From positions 96,001 to 160,000 of the forward strand of contig JAHQWK010000004.1 of the NCBI GenBank assembly GCA_029856145.1: 64,000 bases of DNA, written 5' to 3'. Shown here piece by piece: positions 40,700-50,362 of this stretch. Under the pieces are notes generated by a model that made no database searches, had not been told where the DNA came from, and saw nothing but the letters and a program-made list of their open reading frames with translations. The position numbers and the translations under genes are program-made. Origin of the DNA: Promethearchaeia archaeon. GTDB taxonomy: Archaea > Asgardarchaeota > Lokiarchaeia > Sigyniarchaeales > SOKP01. How positions within the stretch are numbered: the stretch's first letter is position 1; the number at the start of each line of letters is the position of its first letter.

Positions 40700-41455
40700 T
40701 TGATTCTAATGGTTAAAAATAACGACAAAAAAAATAACTCTCATAATAATGATATTAAGGAACATGAACATAAGGATAAACCAATATATGTAAAAGTTAG
40801 TGATGAAACTAGGAATCTAATTGATAAATATAAGGAAAAAGGGACAACGATTTCAGATCTAGTAAGAAATGCTGTTAAGTGTTATGACGATTTTAATTCA
40901 ATCTCGCCTGAAATGCATGCAACTATCGAAAAATTTAAAGAAGTAGATGAACGAGATATTTCATTTATTGAACATGCGATTAAATACTATGGAGACCAAA
41001 AGGTTTTAGATAGAGATTTGTGGTTACGGGCGAGAGATGAGATGAAGATGATGCTCATAGGAAAAACAACCTTCAATCAATTGATCGCCGCTGCAGAAGC
41101 TCCAAAAGAAAGTTTAGAAAAACCTTGGAGAAAAAATGTAGCAATCGATTTAATATTATGGTATAATGATTCAAAACCACTCAAAAGTTTATCCATGGAA
41201 GAAATTATAAATACAGTTCAAAAGATGTGGGTTGTCGCAAATTATTTTCATACTATTGATGTAAAAAAAGAAAGTGCAGATTTGTTCTATTTACTTTTTA
41301 GACATCGGCAAAATAAACGATATGGTATTTATTGGCTCGGATACTTTACAGAATTATTCACATCAGAAGAATTGCCTTTTAAATGTGAAGTTGAGGGTCA
41401 AGCCTTCGATGAGTCCCTTTCAATGACAATTAAAATAGGATATAAAAAAGATTAA
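40700..41455 (+). CDS. Ribbon-helix-helix DNA-binding protein with C-terminal V4R-like ligand domain
   Basis: IYVKVSDETRNLIDKY..TISDLVRNAV (RHH); C-terminal fold assignment tentative. Confidence 0.65.
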   Translation: MILMVKNNDKKNNSHNNDIKEHEHKDKPIYVKVSDETRNLIDKYKEKGTTISDLVRNAVKCYDDFNSISPEMHATIEKFKEVDERDISFIEHAIKYYGDQKVLDRDLWLRARDEMKMMLIGKTTFNQLIAAAEAPKESLEKPWRKNVAIDLILWYNDSKPLKSLSMEEIINTVQKMWVVANYFHTIDVKKESADLFYLLFRHRQNKRYGIYWLGYFTELFTSEELPFKCEVEGQAFDESLSMTIKIGYKKD

Positions 41456-41472
41456 TTTAAAAGAGTTTGCTT

Positions 41473-42045
41473 TTAATCTGGAGTAAATTGATTTTTTAAT
41501 TCTTCTTTTTCTCCCTGATTTTCATACAAATTATACCAATCCCAAATTTTTAGAGCAAAATCCGAGAATGCATAACCCTTAGCTGTAATAATATTACCAT
41601 CTTGAATAACTCTTGTTTCTACATAAGTCTCCCTTGGAAAAGGATCTTTCTCATTTATCTCTTCATATGATTGGGGTTCTTTAGTTGTTGTATATTTTTT
41701 ACCATTTAATACACCACTTTTAGCAAGAAATTCAGGTCCCGCACAAATTGCTGCTAGCAATTTTTTCTTTGCATTTAATCGACTAATTAAATCATTTAAT
41801 TCAGGTTTAAAAATTCTAGTTCCTCCTCCAGGAATAATTAAACCTTCAATATCTTTTATATCAGATATTTCTGAAACTTTGCAGTCTGGTATAATTTTTA
41901 ATCCGCCGGAGCTATAAATTAATTCATTATTATACGCTATATAAATAATTTTGTAATTATCATCTTCATTTATAACGGAACAAGTAAGGACTGTTTCAAA
42001 ATCAGCAAATCCATCATAAATAAAACATAAAACTTTTTTTATCAT
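41473..42045 (-). CDS. DJ-1/PfpI family protein (start reassigned to MIKKVL)
   Basis: YDGFADFE, IIPGG, AAICAGP, DGNIITA. Confidence 0.92.
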   Translation of the reverse strand: MIKKVLCFIYDGFADFETVLTCSVINEDDNYKIIYIAYNNELIYSSGGLKIIPDCKVSEISDIKDIEGLIIPGGGTRIFKPELNDLISRLNAKKKLLAAICAGPEFLAKSGVLNGKKYTTTKEPQSYEEINEKDPFPRETYVETRVIQDGNIITAKGYAFSDFALKIWDWYNLYENQGEKEELKNQFTPD

Positions 42046-42076
42046 ATTATCTCTAAATTTTATTTTTTGGTTAAAT

Positions 42077-42886
42077 CTAATTGAATTTGTTCCAGAAATC
42101 ATTAGAAGGATGGGATATATCCTTTTTATTACGAGTATCATGATAACAAAAATCACAATACTCATCACCTTCCATCAATGTATGGTTTCTGGTGAGAACA
42201 AAATTTGGGTTAAAGTTTTTTGCCCTTTCAAAATCTTGATGACAAATCATTGTATAGCCAATTTCAGGGTCAAAATCTTTTAAATCTTCGGCCCACCTAC
42301 ACTTTTTAATTTTATAAACCAATTTTTCTTTATCAATAATTTCTAGGATAGCTTCCAAATCATGCCATCTCTCCGAAAAATTTTTAAAATTATTAGCAAG
42401 ATCCTGCAAATTCTCTAGATAATTCTTTGGATCTCTTTTTGATTCGGTTAGCTCATTCACAAAATTTTGATAATGGTTAATTGCCTCTTCAACAGATAGG
42501 ATTTTCATCAATGATTCAATAAAATAATATTCAAAATGGTTGAAAGTGTGAATAAGATCAGAAACCTCTATTTCTATCTCCTCATCAATTGATATTTGTT
42601 GGTATTTTGTGAATTGTACTAAGTACAAGATTATATTTATACTTTTATTCATTAACTGAGGATATTCTTGAAATCCCTTTAATTCTAAATTTAATGACAC
42701 GTTGTAATCCTTTATTTTTTCAAAGTGAGAAGTCAAATTGTTAATAACAATTTCCAATAAATCTGGATAATTTTTTGATATATTATCCAAAAAAGCTTCA
42801 AGTCCAGATAAAGACATCTGAATAATATCCTTTATCCTAAACTTGATCTTAGAATTCTTAATACATTTAAATCTCATTTTTGTCAT
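42077..42886 (-). CDS. L-2-amino-thiazoline-4-carboxylate hydrolase-like (V4R-related) protein, copy 1
   Basis: KCRWAE..ICHQDF..NPNFVLTRNHTLMEGDEYCDFCY. Confidence 0.8.
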   Translation of the reverse strand: MTKMRFKCIKNSKIKFRIKDIIQMSLSGLEAFLDNISKNYPDLLEIVINNLTSHFEKIKDYNVSLNLELKGFQEYPQLMNKSINIILYLVQFTKYQQISIDEEIEIEVSDLIHTFNHFEYYFIESLMKILSVEEAINHYQNFVNELTESKRDPKNYLENLQDLANNFKNFSERWHDLEAILEIIDKEKLVYKIKKCRWAEDLKDFDPEIGYTMICHQDFERAKNFNPNFVLTRNHTLMEGDEYCDFCYHDTRNKKDISHPSNDFWNKFN

Positions 42887-42936
42887 ATTCTTTTCTCCAT
42901 TAATATTGATTCTAATAAAAAAATTAAAAAAAAAAA

Positions 42937-43746
42937 TTAGTTTAACTCAAGGAATTCCTTTTCTGAGGGGTGCATTATTTCTTTCTCATGCCGTGTATCG
43001 TGATAACAAAAATCACAATAATCATCCCCCATCATAATTGTTTTTGACCTTGTAAGAATGAAATTTGGATTGAGATTTTTTGCATTCTCAAAATCTGTAT
43101 AACACATTATAGCATAACTAAGTTCAAGATCAAAGTCTTTCATAACTTCTGCCCATCTACATTTCTTAACTTTATATAGAAGTTTCTTATCATTTAAGTT
43201 TTTAAAAACTACATCTTGTGCTTGCCATCTTTCCAAATTACCTTGAAAACGATCAATAAGCGCATCAAAAGTATCAAGATATCTACTTGGATCTTTTCTT
43301 GAATGGACAATATCATCTGCCATTCTTTTTATATACTCAATTGCTTCTTTACGAGACATGATTTTTAATAACATAATCATAAAAGAATATTCAAATTGGT
43401 TGAATGCGCGTATAAGATCTATAACATCAACATCAATTTGATCATAAATAGACTTTTGATTATATTTGCTATAATTTACTAGAGACAAAACATTATTTAT
43501 ACTACCTTTGATTAATTCAGGATACTGATTAAGGATCTCATAATCTGTATCGATTGAAATCCCAAAATCTTCTTTTTTTGCATACTTTGTATTTAAATTT
43601 TCAACTAGGGTAGTTAATGAATCTGGTATGTTCGCTTTTAAATCTTTTAAGAAAGTTTCAAGACCTGTTAAGCAAGCAGTAATAACATCAGCAACTTTAT
43701 AGCTGATTTTTGCATTCTCATCATAGGTATTTCTTATTTGTTCCAT
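42937..43746 (-). CDS. L-2-amino-thiazoline-4-carboxylate hydrolase-like protein, copy 2 (tandem paralogue)
   Basis: KCRWAE..MCYTDF..NPNFILTRSKTIMMGDDYCDFCY; same length as copy 1. Confidence 0.8.
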   Translation of the reverse strand: MEQIRNTYDENAKISYKVADVITACLTGLETFLKDLKANIPDSLTTLVENLNTKYAKKEDFGISIDTDYEILNQYPELIKGSINNVLSLVNYSKYNQKSIYDQIDVDVIDLIRAFNQFEYSFMIMLLKIMSRKEAIEYIKRMADDIVHSRKDPSRYLDTFDALIDRFQGNLERWQAQDVVFKNLNDKKLLYKVKKCRWAEVMKDFDLELSYAIMCYTDFENAKNLNPNFILTRSKTIMMGDDYCDFCYHDTRHEKEIMHPSEKEFLELN

Positions 43747-43779
43747 TTCTTCGATTCCTCCTTTAATTTACAATATCTA

Positions 43780-43947
43780 TCAGGATCTCTTAAACCTTCG
43801 TTTGATCATATTACTATAACCAAACCCACATGGAGTAGTTCGAAAGTCCTCAATTTTTTGCAATATATCACTTTCTCGTTTGATATTTTGCTTTCTTATA
43901 GCTTTCTGGAGCTTATCATTTTTTGATTTTTTAAAAAATTTTGACAT
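43780..43947 (-). CDS. Small basic protein, 55 aa (not in ORF track)
   Basis: MSKFFKKSKNDKLQKAIRKQNIKRESDILQKIEDFRTTPCGFGYSNMIKRRFKRS; GAGGGG upstream; fills the gap between co-oriented genes. Confidence 0.55.
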   Translation of the reverse strand: MSKFFKKSKNDKLQKAIRKQNIKRESDILQKIEDFRTTPCGFGYSNMIKRRFKRS

Positions 43948-43992
43948 GTTTAATCATATCCCCTCGGAAATTTAAAAAAAGTTTAAATTATT

Positions 43993-46512
43993 TTAAGATT
44001 GTCTTTCTAATTCATCAATTTCAGCTAATAGATCTAATTTCTTTTCTTTCCATTCATTTCTCATCTTGATATCACAAAAACAGGTATGGATTGCTCTCTC
44101 TCCTTTTTGTAGACTATCCTTAGCTAAATCAAACTTACCAATTTCTTTATAGCATTTTGCCATCTGAATATATGTATTATAAGTAAACCAACCCAATGGA
44201 TCAAGATCTAATGCCTTTTGAAAGTATTTTAATGCCTCTTCATACTCGCCAAATTCAGTGAGAACTTCACCGTAAGAATCATGATAATTACCATTATCAG
44301 GCGCAAGTTTTACTAATTCCTTTGCTGCTTGCAATGATTCTTCTTTCTCATCACGATAATGATGCCAGTATACTTTATTATTTAATATATCAAAATCCTT
44401 AGGATTTTTTTCCCATAAAACATCAATAATCTCTAAGCCTTTATCATAGTTATTCCTCTTCTTATATAGAAATGCCTTATGCGTCATAAGCTTAGTTTCC
44501 ATTTCTGGAAACGCTTTTATCCCCTCATCGATGGCTGCCAAAGCTTCATCAATCTTCTCATCGCTAGCTAAAATATCATATTTCATAAAGTGTAAATGGA
44601 GATCCTTAGGATCAAGCTCAATAGCAGTTTCAATCATTTCAAAACCCTCTTCATATTTTTCTAATTGTTTTAAAATTAGACCCTTAAAATGATAATACTT
44701 CGCTTTGTTCTTGTCAATATCCTCTAGCGAAATTGCCTTATCGAGATCATGCAACACTTCATCCACTCTCATATCATCCATATCTAATTGGTAAACAATT
44801 TTATAGCCCCAAATTAACGCTCTTGTAACATAGGATAAAGGATGGTCAGAATAATATTCATTTAGTATGTCACTGATTTTAAGTGCCTCATCGAATTCAG
44901 CTAATGTTATATGACAATAAACCTTAATAAAATTATAAGGTACAAAAATTTCCTCATCTTTTCTATTTGGATAGCTCTTTAATGCATTTTTCAAAAATTT
45001 AATAGCCCTTTTATGCCTGTTTGATAAACTTAACACAATTGCTTTCAAGAACAGAAAATCCAAATTATCAGGATTATTTTCAATCTCAGAATTGATCTTA
45101 TCTAAAACATTATCAAAATCCTTTTTTTTCATTAAATGTTTGGCATCATTAAACATCTCCTCAATTTCTGGTGAAGAAAAAAATGGTAGCACCCTTAATA
45201 TTGAATAATCTACATAATACTTGAATTGAGTTTGTTCCGAATCATCAGACTGGGAGCTATTAGATTGAAATACTTCTGGAATATCTCTCCACATTACTCC
45301 TTCTAATTTATCACGGGTATCCTCTAGCTTTCTTTCAGTTTCTATTCTATAAGCTAAATGTTTGATGTATTCCGGTAGAAACTCTCTTAAAGTATCTTTT
45401 AGCTCATCATTAAATAAATTATTACAAATCTCGTCTAAAATCGCATTAACTGTAAAACTGAAATCCATTGAAGCACCTCTACTAAGATTACTTTCATACA
45501 ATTTATTTAAGTAAGTAAATTTTGTAATGTGATCTTCAGTTATTGCTGAAAGAACTTTCTCTATCTTTTCATCCTCCTGGAAATAATAAAATTTATCCTC
45601 ATCAACTTCTATATTAAAAAATTTGGTCGAGTAGATATTTTTCTCTATAATTTGACGAATATTAAATTTCAATTCCAATGAATTAATTTGATATTTCTTA
45701 GAAAAATCAGCAGGTGAAATGTAAAAGGGATACTGATTTGGATGATTCATAGACAGAAACAGTAACACTTTGTTAAAATCTTCCTCTGAATCTAAGGATC
45801 CTCTTAAATTAGCATAAGGTAGTTTCAAAACATTGTTTAAAAATCGAAACTTGATATCCTCATCCTGGATATCATATTTTTCAAAAAATATAATTGTACT
45901 TTTCGTGATTTCCTCGATTCTCTTGCTTTCCTCATTCAATATTGATTGTCGGTCTAAATCATATAACTTCAACATCCGAGAATATTCCGATTTCCCCTTT
46001 TTAGTAATTCTGTATTCCTTATTCTCTTTTCTAATAAATTCCATCTGTTGAAGCTCATTTAGATTTTTCGATAAACTGGATTGATTAATCCTTAGTGGAT
46101 CATCAATAAAATCTGACCATTTGCAAAATGTATTATTATAAACCATCCAAAGGAGCCAATGATCATAATTTCGGTCGTTTGTTATCGCTTTTGGAGGATA
46201 ATTTAAATTTCTTTCTCCGTCCTTAGCTTTTGATAGATGGTTGTATCGTTCCGTACCTTTAGAGGTTATTCTATATACTCCTCTTTCCGGCTTTTCAACA
46301 TATTCGTTCACCTTTAACGAGTTCAGGTAATAGGATAAAGTAGATTGAGGAATACTTACGGGTTCATCTAAGAAATTTGCCCATTCAACAATCTCATTAT
46401 TTTTTAACATCCATAGTATAACATGTTCTATATTTGGTCGCTCAATCCCTATTTGCCGAAAGATTTCTTCAGGTGGATAATTTATTTCTTGAGTTCTACT
46501 CATAAAATTCAC
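43993..46512 (-). CDS. Tandem winged-HTH + TPR regulator A
   Basis: Two YPP...LWM..N....W..F....I.QS.LS..LN.L...Y.IT.KG wHTH repeats plus a third degenerate one; C-terminal TPRs (YHDSYGEVL...YEEAL..FQKALDLDP). Confidence 0.88.
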   Translation of the reverse strand: MNFMSRTQEINYPPEEIFRQIGIERPNIEHVILWMLKNNEIVEWANFLDEPVSIPQSTLSYYLNSLKVNEYVEKPERGVYRITSKGTERYNHLSKAKDGERNLNYPPKAITNDRNYDHWLLWMVYNNTFCKWSDFIDDPLRINQSSLSKNLNELQQMEFIRKENKEYRITKKGKSEYSRMLKLYDLDRQSILNEESKRIEEITKSTIIFFEKYDIQDEDIKFRFLNNVLKLPYANLRGSLDSEEDFNKVLLFLSMNHPNQYPFYISPADFSKKYQINSLELKFNIRQIIEKNIYSTKFFNIEVDEDKFYYFQEDEKIEKVLSAITEDHITKFTYLNKLYESNLSRGASMDFSFTVNAILDEICNNLFNDELKDTLREFLPEYIKHLAYRIETERKLEDTRDKLEGVMWRDIPEVFQSNSSQSDDSEQTQFKYYVDYSILRVLPFFSSPEIEEMFNDAKHLMKKKDFDNVLDKINSEIENNPDNLDFLFLKAIVLSLSNRHKRAIKFLKNALKSYPNRKDEEIFVPYNFIKVYCHITLAEFDEALKISDILNEYYSDHPLSYVTRALIWGYKIVYQLDMDDMRVDEVLHDLDKAISLEDIDKNKAKYYHFKGLILKQLEKYEEGFEMIETAIELDPKDLHLHFMKYDILASDEKIDEALAAIDEGIKAFPEMETKLMTHKAFLYKKRNNYDKGLEIIDVLWEKNPKDFDILNNKVYWHHYRDEKEESLQAAKELVKLAPDNGNYHDSYGEVLTEFGEYEEALKYFQKALDLDPLGWFTYNTYIQMAKCYKEIGKFDLAKDSLQKGERAIHTCFCDIKMRNEWKEKKLDLLAEIDELERQS

Positions 46513-46564
46513 ATTATAGTACTCTATTTAATATATAGTAACAACTTCTATTTAAAAGTTTCGT

Positions 46565-46635
46565 GTTCAGTATAAAATTAGAACTCCAACTGAACTTCGA
46601 ATTACAATTGAACTTTCACGAATAAAACTATATAT
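46565..46635 (+). promoter_or_regulatory. Operator array + TATA for peptide gene A
   Basis: GAACTCCA-ac-TGAACTTC (46581-46598), second degenerate copy (46599-46616), 11-bp spacer, CTATATAT (46628-46635). Confidence 0.7.
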
Positions 46636-46701
46636 TGAACTACAAACTTATGAGTATTAAGAAAAAAACAAATAAAAAAAACAAATAAGAGGTAAAAAAT
46701 A

Positions 46702-46779
46702 ATGAAAAAAATCGCAGAAAAAATAATTATAATAAAAAGTGGTACTTCAGCGTATAATCGAACTTATATTAGTTATTAA
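46702..46779 (+). CDS. Small peptide A, 25 aa: MKKIAEKIIIIKSGTSAYNRTYISY
   Basis: GAGGT RBS, own TATA, oligo-T tract downstream; homologous to peptide B at the equivalent position. Confidence 0.72.
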   Translation: MKKIAEKIIIIKSGTSAYNRTYISY

Positions 46780-46789
46780 ATATTAAAAA

Positions 46790-46806
46790 TTTTTTTTTTA
46801 TTTTTA
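46790..46806 (+). terminator. Oligo-T terminator after peptide A
   Basis: Long T tract about 10 nt after the stop. Confidence 0.6.
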
Positions 46807-46910
46807 TGAAAAATAATCTATTGAACAATTTACGATAATTAACCGTTATTATATGATCACTAAGAGAAAACTCTTTTCCATCTCCATATTGAATATGTTT
46901 ATACGAGTTC

Positions 46911-46931
46911 GGGCGAGACTCTGACTCGCCC
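46911..46931. other. GC-rich hairpin GGGCGAG-N7-CTCGCCC
   Basis: Perfect 7-bp inverted repeat; related copy at 55209-55245. Confidence 0.6.
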
Positions 46932-46962
46932 ATAAATTATTACATTAAAAGGTTGAAAAGTT

Positions 46963-47169
46963 ATGGATATAAAAAATACAAGAATGGTTGGAAAACATCA
47001 TTGTCCTGAGTGTAATTGTATGTATATTAGAATTGATAATGAAATTATTTCTTGTCCTGGATGTGAACTATCTTCAAAAGGTAATAGATCGATCATCAAT
47101 GAAGAAGAATGCCAGGAAAGAATTAGTTCAATTTCAGATTTAAACTTCAATAAAAGTTCATGTTCTTAA
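46963..47169 (+). CDS. Small zinc-ribbon protein
   Basis: CPEC...CPGC; AGGT upstream. Confidence 0.65.
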   Translation: MDIKNTRMVGKHHCPECNCMYIRIDNEIISCPGCELSSKGNRSIINEEECQERISSISDLNFNKSSCS

Positions 47170-47234
47170 TCTATAAATAAAAAAAGTAATTTAAATATAA
47201 TAAAAAAGAAAATCAATTAAATAGGTAATTACAA

Positions 47235-48548
47235 ATGGAAGTAAAAAGCACAAAAAAATCTTATTGGCACTATATGTATTTCTTGATTGGACAACAATTC
47301 TCAATGTTAGGCTCAATGATAGTTGGTTTTGTAATAACTTGGTGGATGGCCGGTAACGTTATTTTTCTTTCAATTTCAGTGTTTTTAATGTTTCTCCCGC
47401 AAATTATTGTGACTCCACTTTCAGGTGTACTTTCGGATAGATGGAATAAAAAGGCAATAATTGCAATATCAGATTCTGGTCAAGCAGCTGCAACTCTTTT
47501 ACTGTTTGTATTTTTTCTTTTCGACATCCAAAACATCGTTTTTGTTCTCGCAATAAATACATTTAGAGCAGCATTATTTGCATTTCAACTACCAGCTGTT
47601 CAGTCTTTAGTCCCTATTATGATCCCTAAAAAAAGTCTAAGCAGGGTTAATGGAATGAACTTTTTGAGTACTGGAGTTATTTTCACTATGGGACCAATGA
47701 TAGCGGCAGGTCTTATGGCTATTTTTCCACAAACAGAACTGATCTTTCTTCTCGATATTATAACATTCCTGATTGCTATGGTCCCATTGTTAATTATCAA
47801 AATTCCTAAAGTACACCAAACTACAGAAGAAGCCGTAAAAAAGTCAATGTTTAAGGATTTCAAAACGGGACTATTAACAATCAAAATGATTCCGGGATTA
47901 TTTGCTATGATTGCTTTCGCAATGGTATGGAATTTTATTAACAGACCTTGGGCTGTTTTGCTACCTAATTTTATTTATGATACTCACGGAGGTACTGCCT
48001 TAAATCTTGCGTTATTAATGACTGTGAGTCAAGTTGGGAACATAATAGGATCTCTAATCACCTCACTTAAGAAAACGTGGAAGCATAAAATTAAAATAAA
48101 CATAATTGGAGGAGCAATATTTTTTGTATGTCAAATCCCCGCGATTCTTGCACCTCAAGGAAATTTCATTATTATGATGATATCTCTATTTCCTGCATGG
48201 GTGATTTTTCCAATTACAGTATCTACGTATTTAGCAATATTACAGACGGTTGTTTCGAAAGATAAAATTGGTAGAATTATGTCGATTGATCACATGATAT
48301 CTATGGCAATTGCTCCAATTGGAGCACTTATATCCGGGCCATTAGCATTATTAATAGGAATAAGATATTTATTTCTAATCGCTGCAATCCTTGGAGTAAT
48401 TCATCCGTTTATCATTTGGGGTTTCACGAAAATAAGACAACTTGAAGTTATAGAAAGAGAAATAGTAATGAAAGCAGATGAAGTTGCCGAAGTAGAAGAA
48501 ATCACAGAGCTTACTGAAGTTATTCAAGTTATTGAACCAATAGAATAA
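47235..48548 (+). CDS. MFS transporter (MefA/DHA3-like efflux family)
   Basis: GQQFSMLGS, GVLSDRWNKK, PA.QSL.P..IPK..LSR.NG; about 12 TM. Confidence 0.92.
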   Translation: MEVKSTKKSYWHYMYFLIGQQFSMLGSMIVGFVITWWMAGNVIFLSISVFLMFLPQIIVTPLSGVLSDRWNKKAIIAISDSGQAAATLLLFVFFLFDIQNIVFVLAINTFRAALFAFQLPAVQSLVPIMIPKKSLSRVNGMNFLSTGVIFTMGPMIAAGLMAIFPQTELIFLLDIITFLIAMVPLLIIKIPKVHQTTEEAVKKSMFKDFKTGLLTIKMIPGLFAMIAFAMVWNFINRPWAVLLPNFIYDTHGGTALNLALLMTVSQVGNIIGSLITSLKKTWKHKIKINIIGGAIFFVCQIPAILAPQGNFIIMMISLFPAWVIFPITVSTYLAILQTVVSKDKIGRIMSIDHMISMAIAPIGALISGPLALLIGIRYLFLIAAILGVIHPFIIWGFTKIRQLEVIEREIVMKADEVAEVEEITELTEVIQVIEPIE

Positions 48549-48615
48549 TTTTTTTTTATTTTAATTTTTCATTTTTATTCTTTTTATTAGTATTTTTCAA
48601 TCTTCAATCTCTCCA

Positions 48616-48668
48616 GTTCATAATAAAGTATGAACTTCATATGAAGTCCGAATCAATAGTCTATATAT
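48616..48668 (+). promoter_or_regulatory. Third copy of the operator + TATA, upstream of a wHTH gene
   Basis: GAACTTCA-ta-TGAAGTCC (48632-48649), 11 bp, CTATATAT (48661-48668). Confidence 0.8.
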
Positions 48669-48801
48669 GAATTGAAAATCTAATAAGAATAAAGAATTTT
48701 AGGTTCAAAATTCGAATCATGTAGGAATAGGCTCCTACACTGAAGAAATGTAGCCTGTCATATTCCAATATTATTAATATCAATTAAAAGAGTGGTTTAA
48801 A

Positions 48802-49746
48802 TTGTCTGAAAAATCAGAAATCGAAAAAATATTAAAAGAACGCTCTAAATTTGAAGGTCTGGAAACATCAAATTCCGAATTTGTATTTATTGATAAAGTT
48901 GTTCAAGATTATGCACCAGAAATTGCTTTTTTATATCAATTTAGGGAGGACGAATCAGAAGAACAACAGATAAAAACAGGACGCCTTCATGAAAATCGCA
49001 TCTTAGGCATAATTCTAAAATTCTATTTAGAAGGAAAGAATAAGATCACTACTGGAGAAGTAGAACAGGAATATAAAAGATATTTTAGGGAAATTGCTCG
49101 ATCAACTACTTCAACATATTTAAATATGTTAAAGAAAGAATCTACTCTCTATACAGAAAGAGATGGTAGAGTAGCTTATTATATCTTTTATGAAGATCCT
49201 CCCGTTGATATTAAACCTTTTTGGTTTACTAGAATCTTTTGTATAGTTCCAGCTTACTTTAATAGAGCAATGAAATTTTCTAGTTTATACTTTAACGCTG
49301 AGAAATTTATCCAACAGTATATCAATGATATGGGTTATGGAGATAAAGAAATTTTAATAAGAAATTTCAAATTTATTATCGGTTTAATTGTATTAAATAT
49401 TTTGAAGAATCGAAGCTCTAAATGTATTGGTTGTCAGTTTAGTAAGAGGGAAATTTATAAGAAACTGGAAGAATTGATTAATGTAGCTATTAAAGATAGG
49501 TCTGATGTTTTACCAGGAGAATTATCGGTAGATTTGATTGAAAAGCATTCAGAAATACCAATATTTAAAGGAACTAATATTAAAGAAGATGAATTTAAAG
49601 GAAATATTATTAAGGAGATAGTAAGGAGCGCTGATATATTCAAAAAAGATTTAGATTTTCAAATTATGGTATCATCTCGAAGAAAAGATTCAAGATTAAA
49701 GCAAATACAAGCTTTAGAAGAAGACAGTGCAAAATTATCTTATTAA
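48802..49746 (+). CDS. Winged-HTH protein with CxxC
   Basis: ITTGEV...IARSTTSTYLNMLKKE..L..ERDGR..YY; CIGC. Confidence 0.75.
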   Translation: MSEKSEIEKILKERSKFEGLETSNSEFVFIDKVVQDYAPEIAFLYQFREDESEEQQIKTGRLHENRILGIILKFYLEGKNKITTGEVEQEYKRYFREIARSTTSTYLNMLKKESTLYTERDGRVAYYIFYEDPPVDIKPFWFTRIFCIVPAYFNRAMKFSSLYFNAEKFIQQYINDMGYGDKEILIRNFKFIIGLIVLNILKNRSSKCIGCQFSKREIYKKLEELINVAIKDRSDVLPGELSVDLIEKHSEIPIFKGTNIKEDEFKGNIIKEIVRSADIFKKDLDFQIMVSSRRKDSRLKQIQALEEDSAKLSY

Positions 49747-49778
49747 TTTTATTTAACACTTTTTTTTAATATCTTAAG

Positions 49779-49866
49779 TAGTGAAATTTTTCGCACTATA
49801 ATCACCTTTAAATAAGATATTCAATTTTATAAAATTAGAAAGTTGTGAAAAAAAAACTCACAACTT
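49779..49866 (+). promoter_or_regulatory. Two related palindromes flanking the thioredoxin TATA box
   Basis: TAGTG-N10-CACTA (49779-49798), TTTAAATA (about 49807), AAGTTGTGA-N9-TCACAACTT (49840-49866). Confidence 0.6.
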
Positions 49867-49894
49867 AGAAAAAACAATTAAATGTGTATTTTAA

Positions 49895-50311
49895 ATGCAG
49901 AATGTAGATGATAACCTAGAAATGTTGAGAATAAAAAAAGCCGAAGCTTTATTAAAACACCAAAAAATGCCAGAAACTATAGTAGAGATACAGTCTTCAG
50001 AAGAATTTCATAAATTATTAAAGAATTACACTGACAAAACTATTATTATAGATTGTTGGGCTGTTTGGTGCGGACCTTGCATGTTTTTTGCTCCCATTTT
50101 TAAGAAACTTCATGGAGAATTTCAAAAAGATTTCGTATTTGTAAAGGTAAACGTTGATGAAAATAATGCCATAGCAAGGGAGTATGGGATAACTGGAATC
50201 CCAACGACTTTATTTATTAAAAATAAAGAAGTTATAAATCAAGTTGTTGGAGCAATGAATTATGAAGGTATGAAGCAGGTATTAATAAAATTAAAACAAT
50301 CAGATAGTTAA
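49895..50311 (+). CDS. trxA: Thioredoxin
   Basis: WAVWCGPC, KVNVDE, GIPT. Confidence 0.95.
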   Translation: MQNVDDNLEMLRIKKAEALLKHQKMPETIVEIQSSEEFHKLLKNYTDKTIIIDCWAVWCGPCMFFAPIFKKLHGEFQKDFVFVKVNVDENNAIAREYGITGIPTTLFIKNKEVINQVVGAMNYEGMKQVLIKLKQSDS

Positions 50312-50362
50312 ATAAATACCCCTTTTTATTAATTTCTTTTTAAATTTTTAAGTTGATAACTA

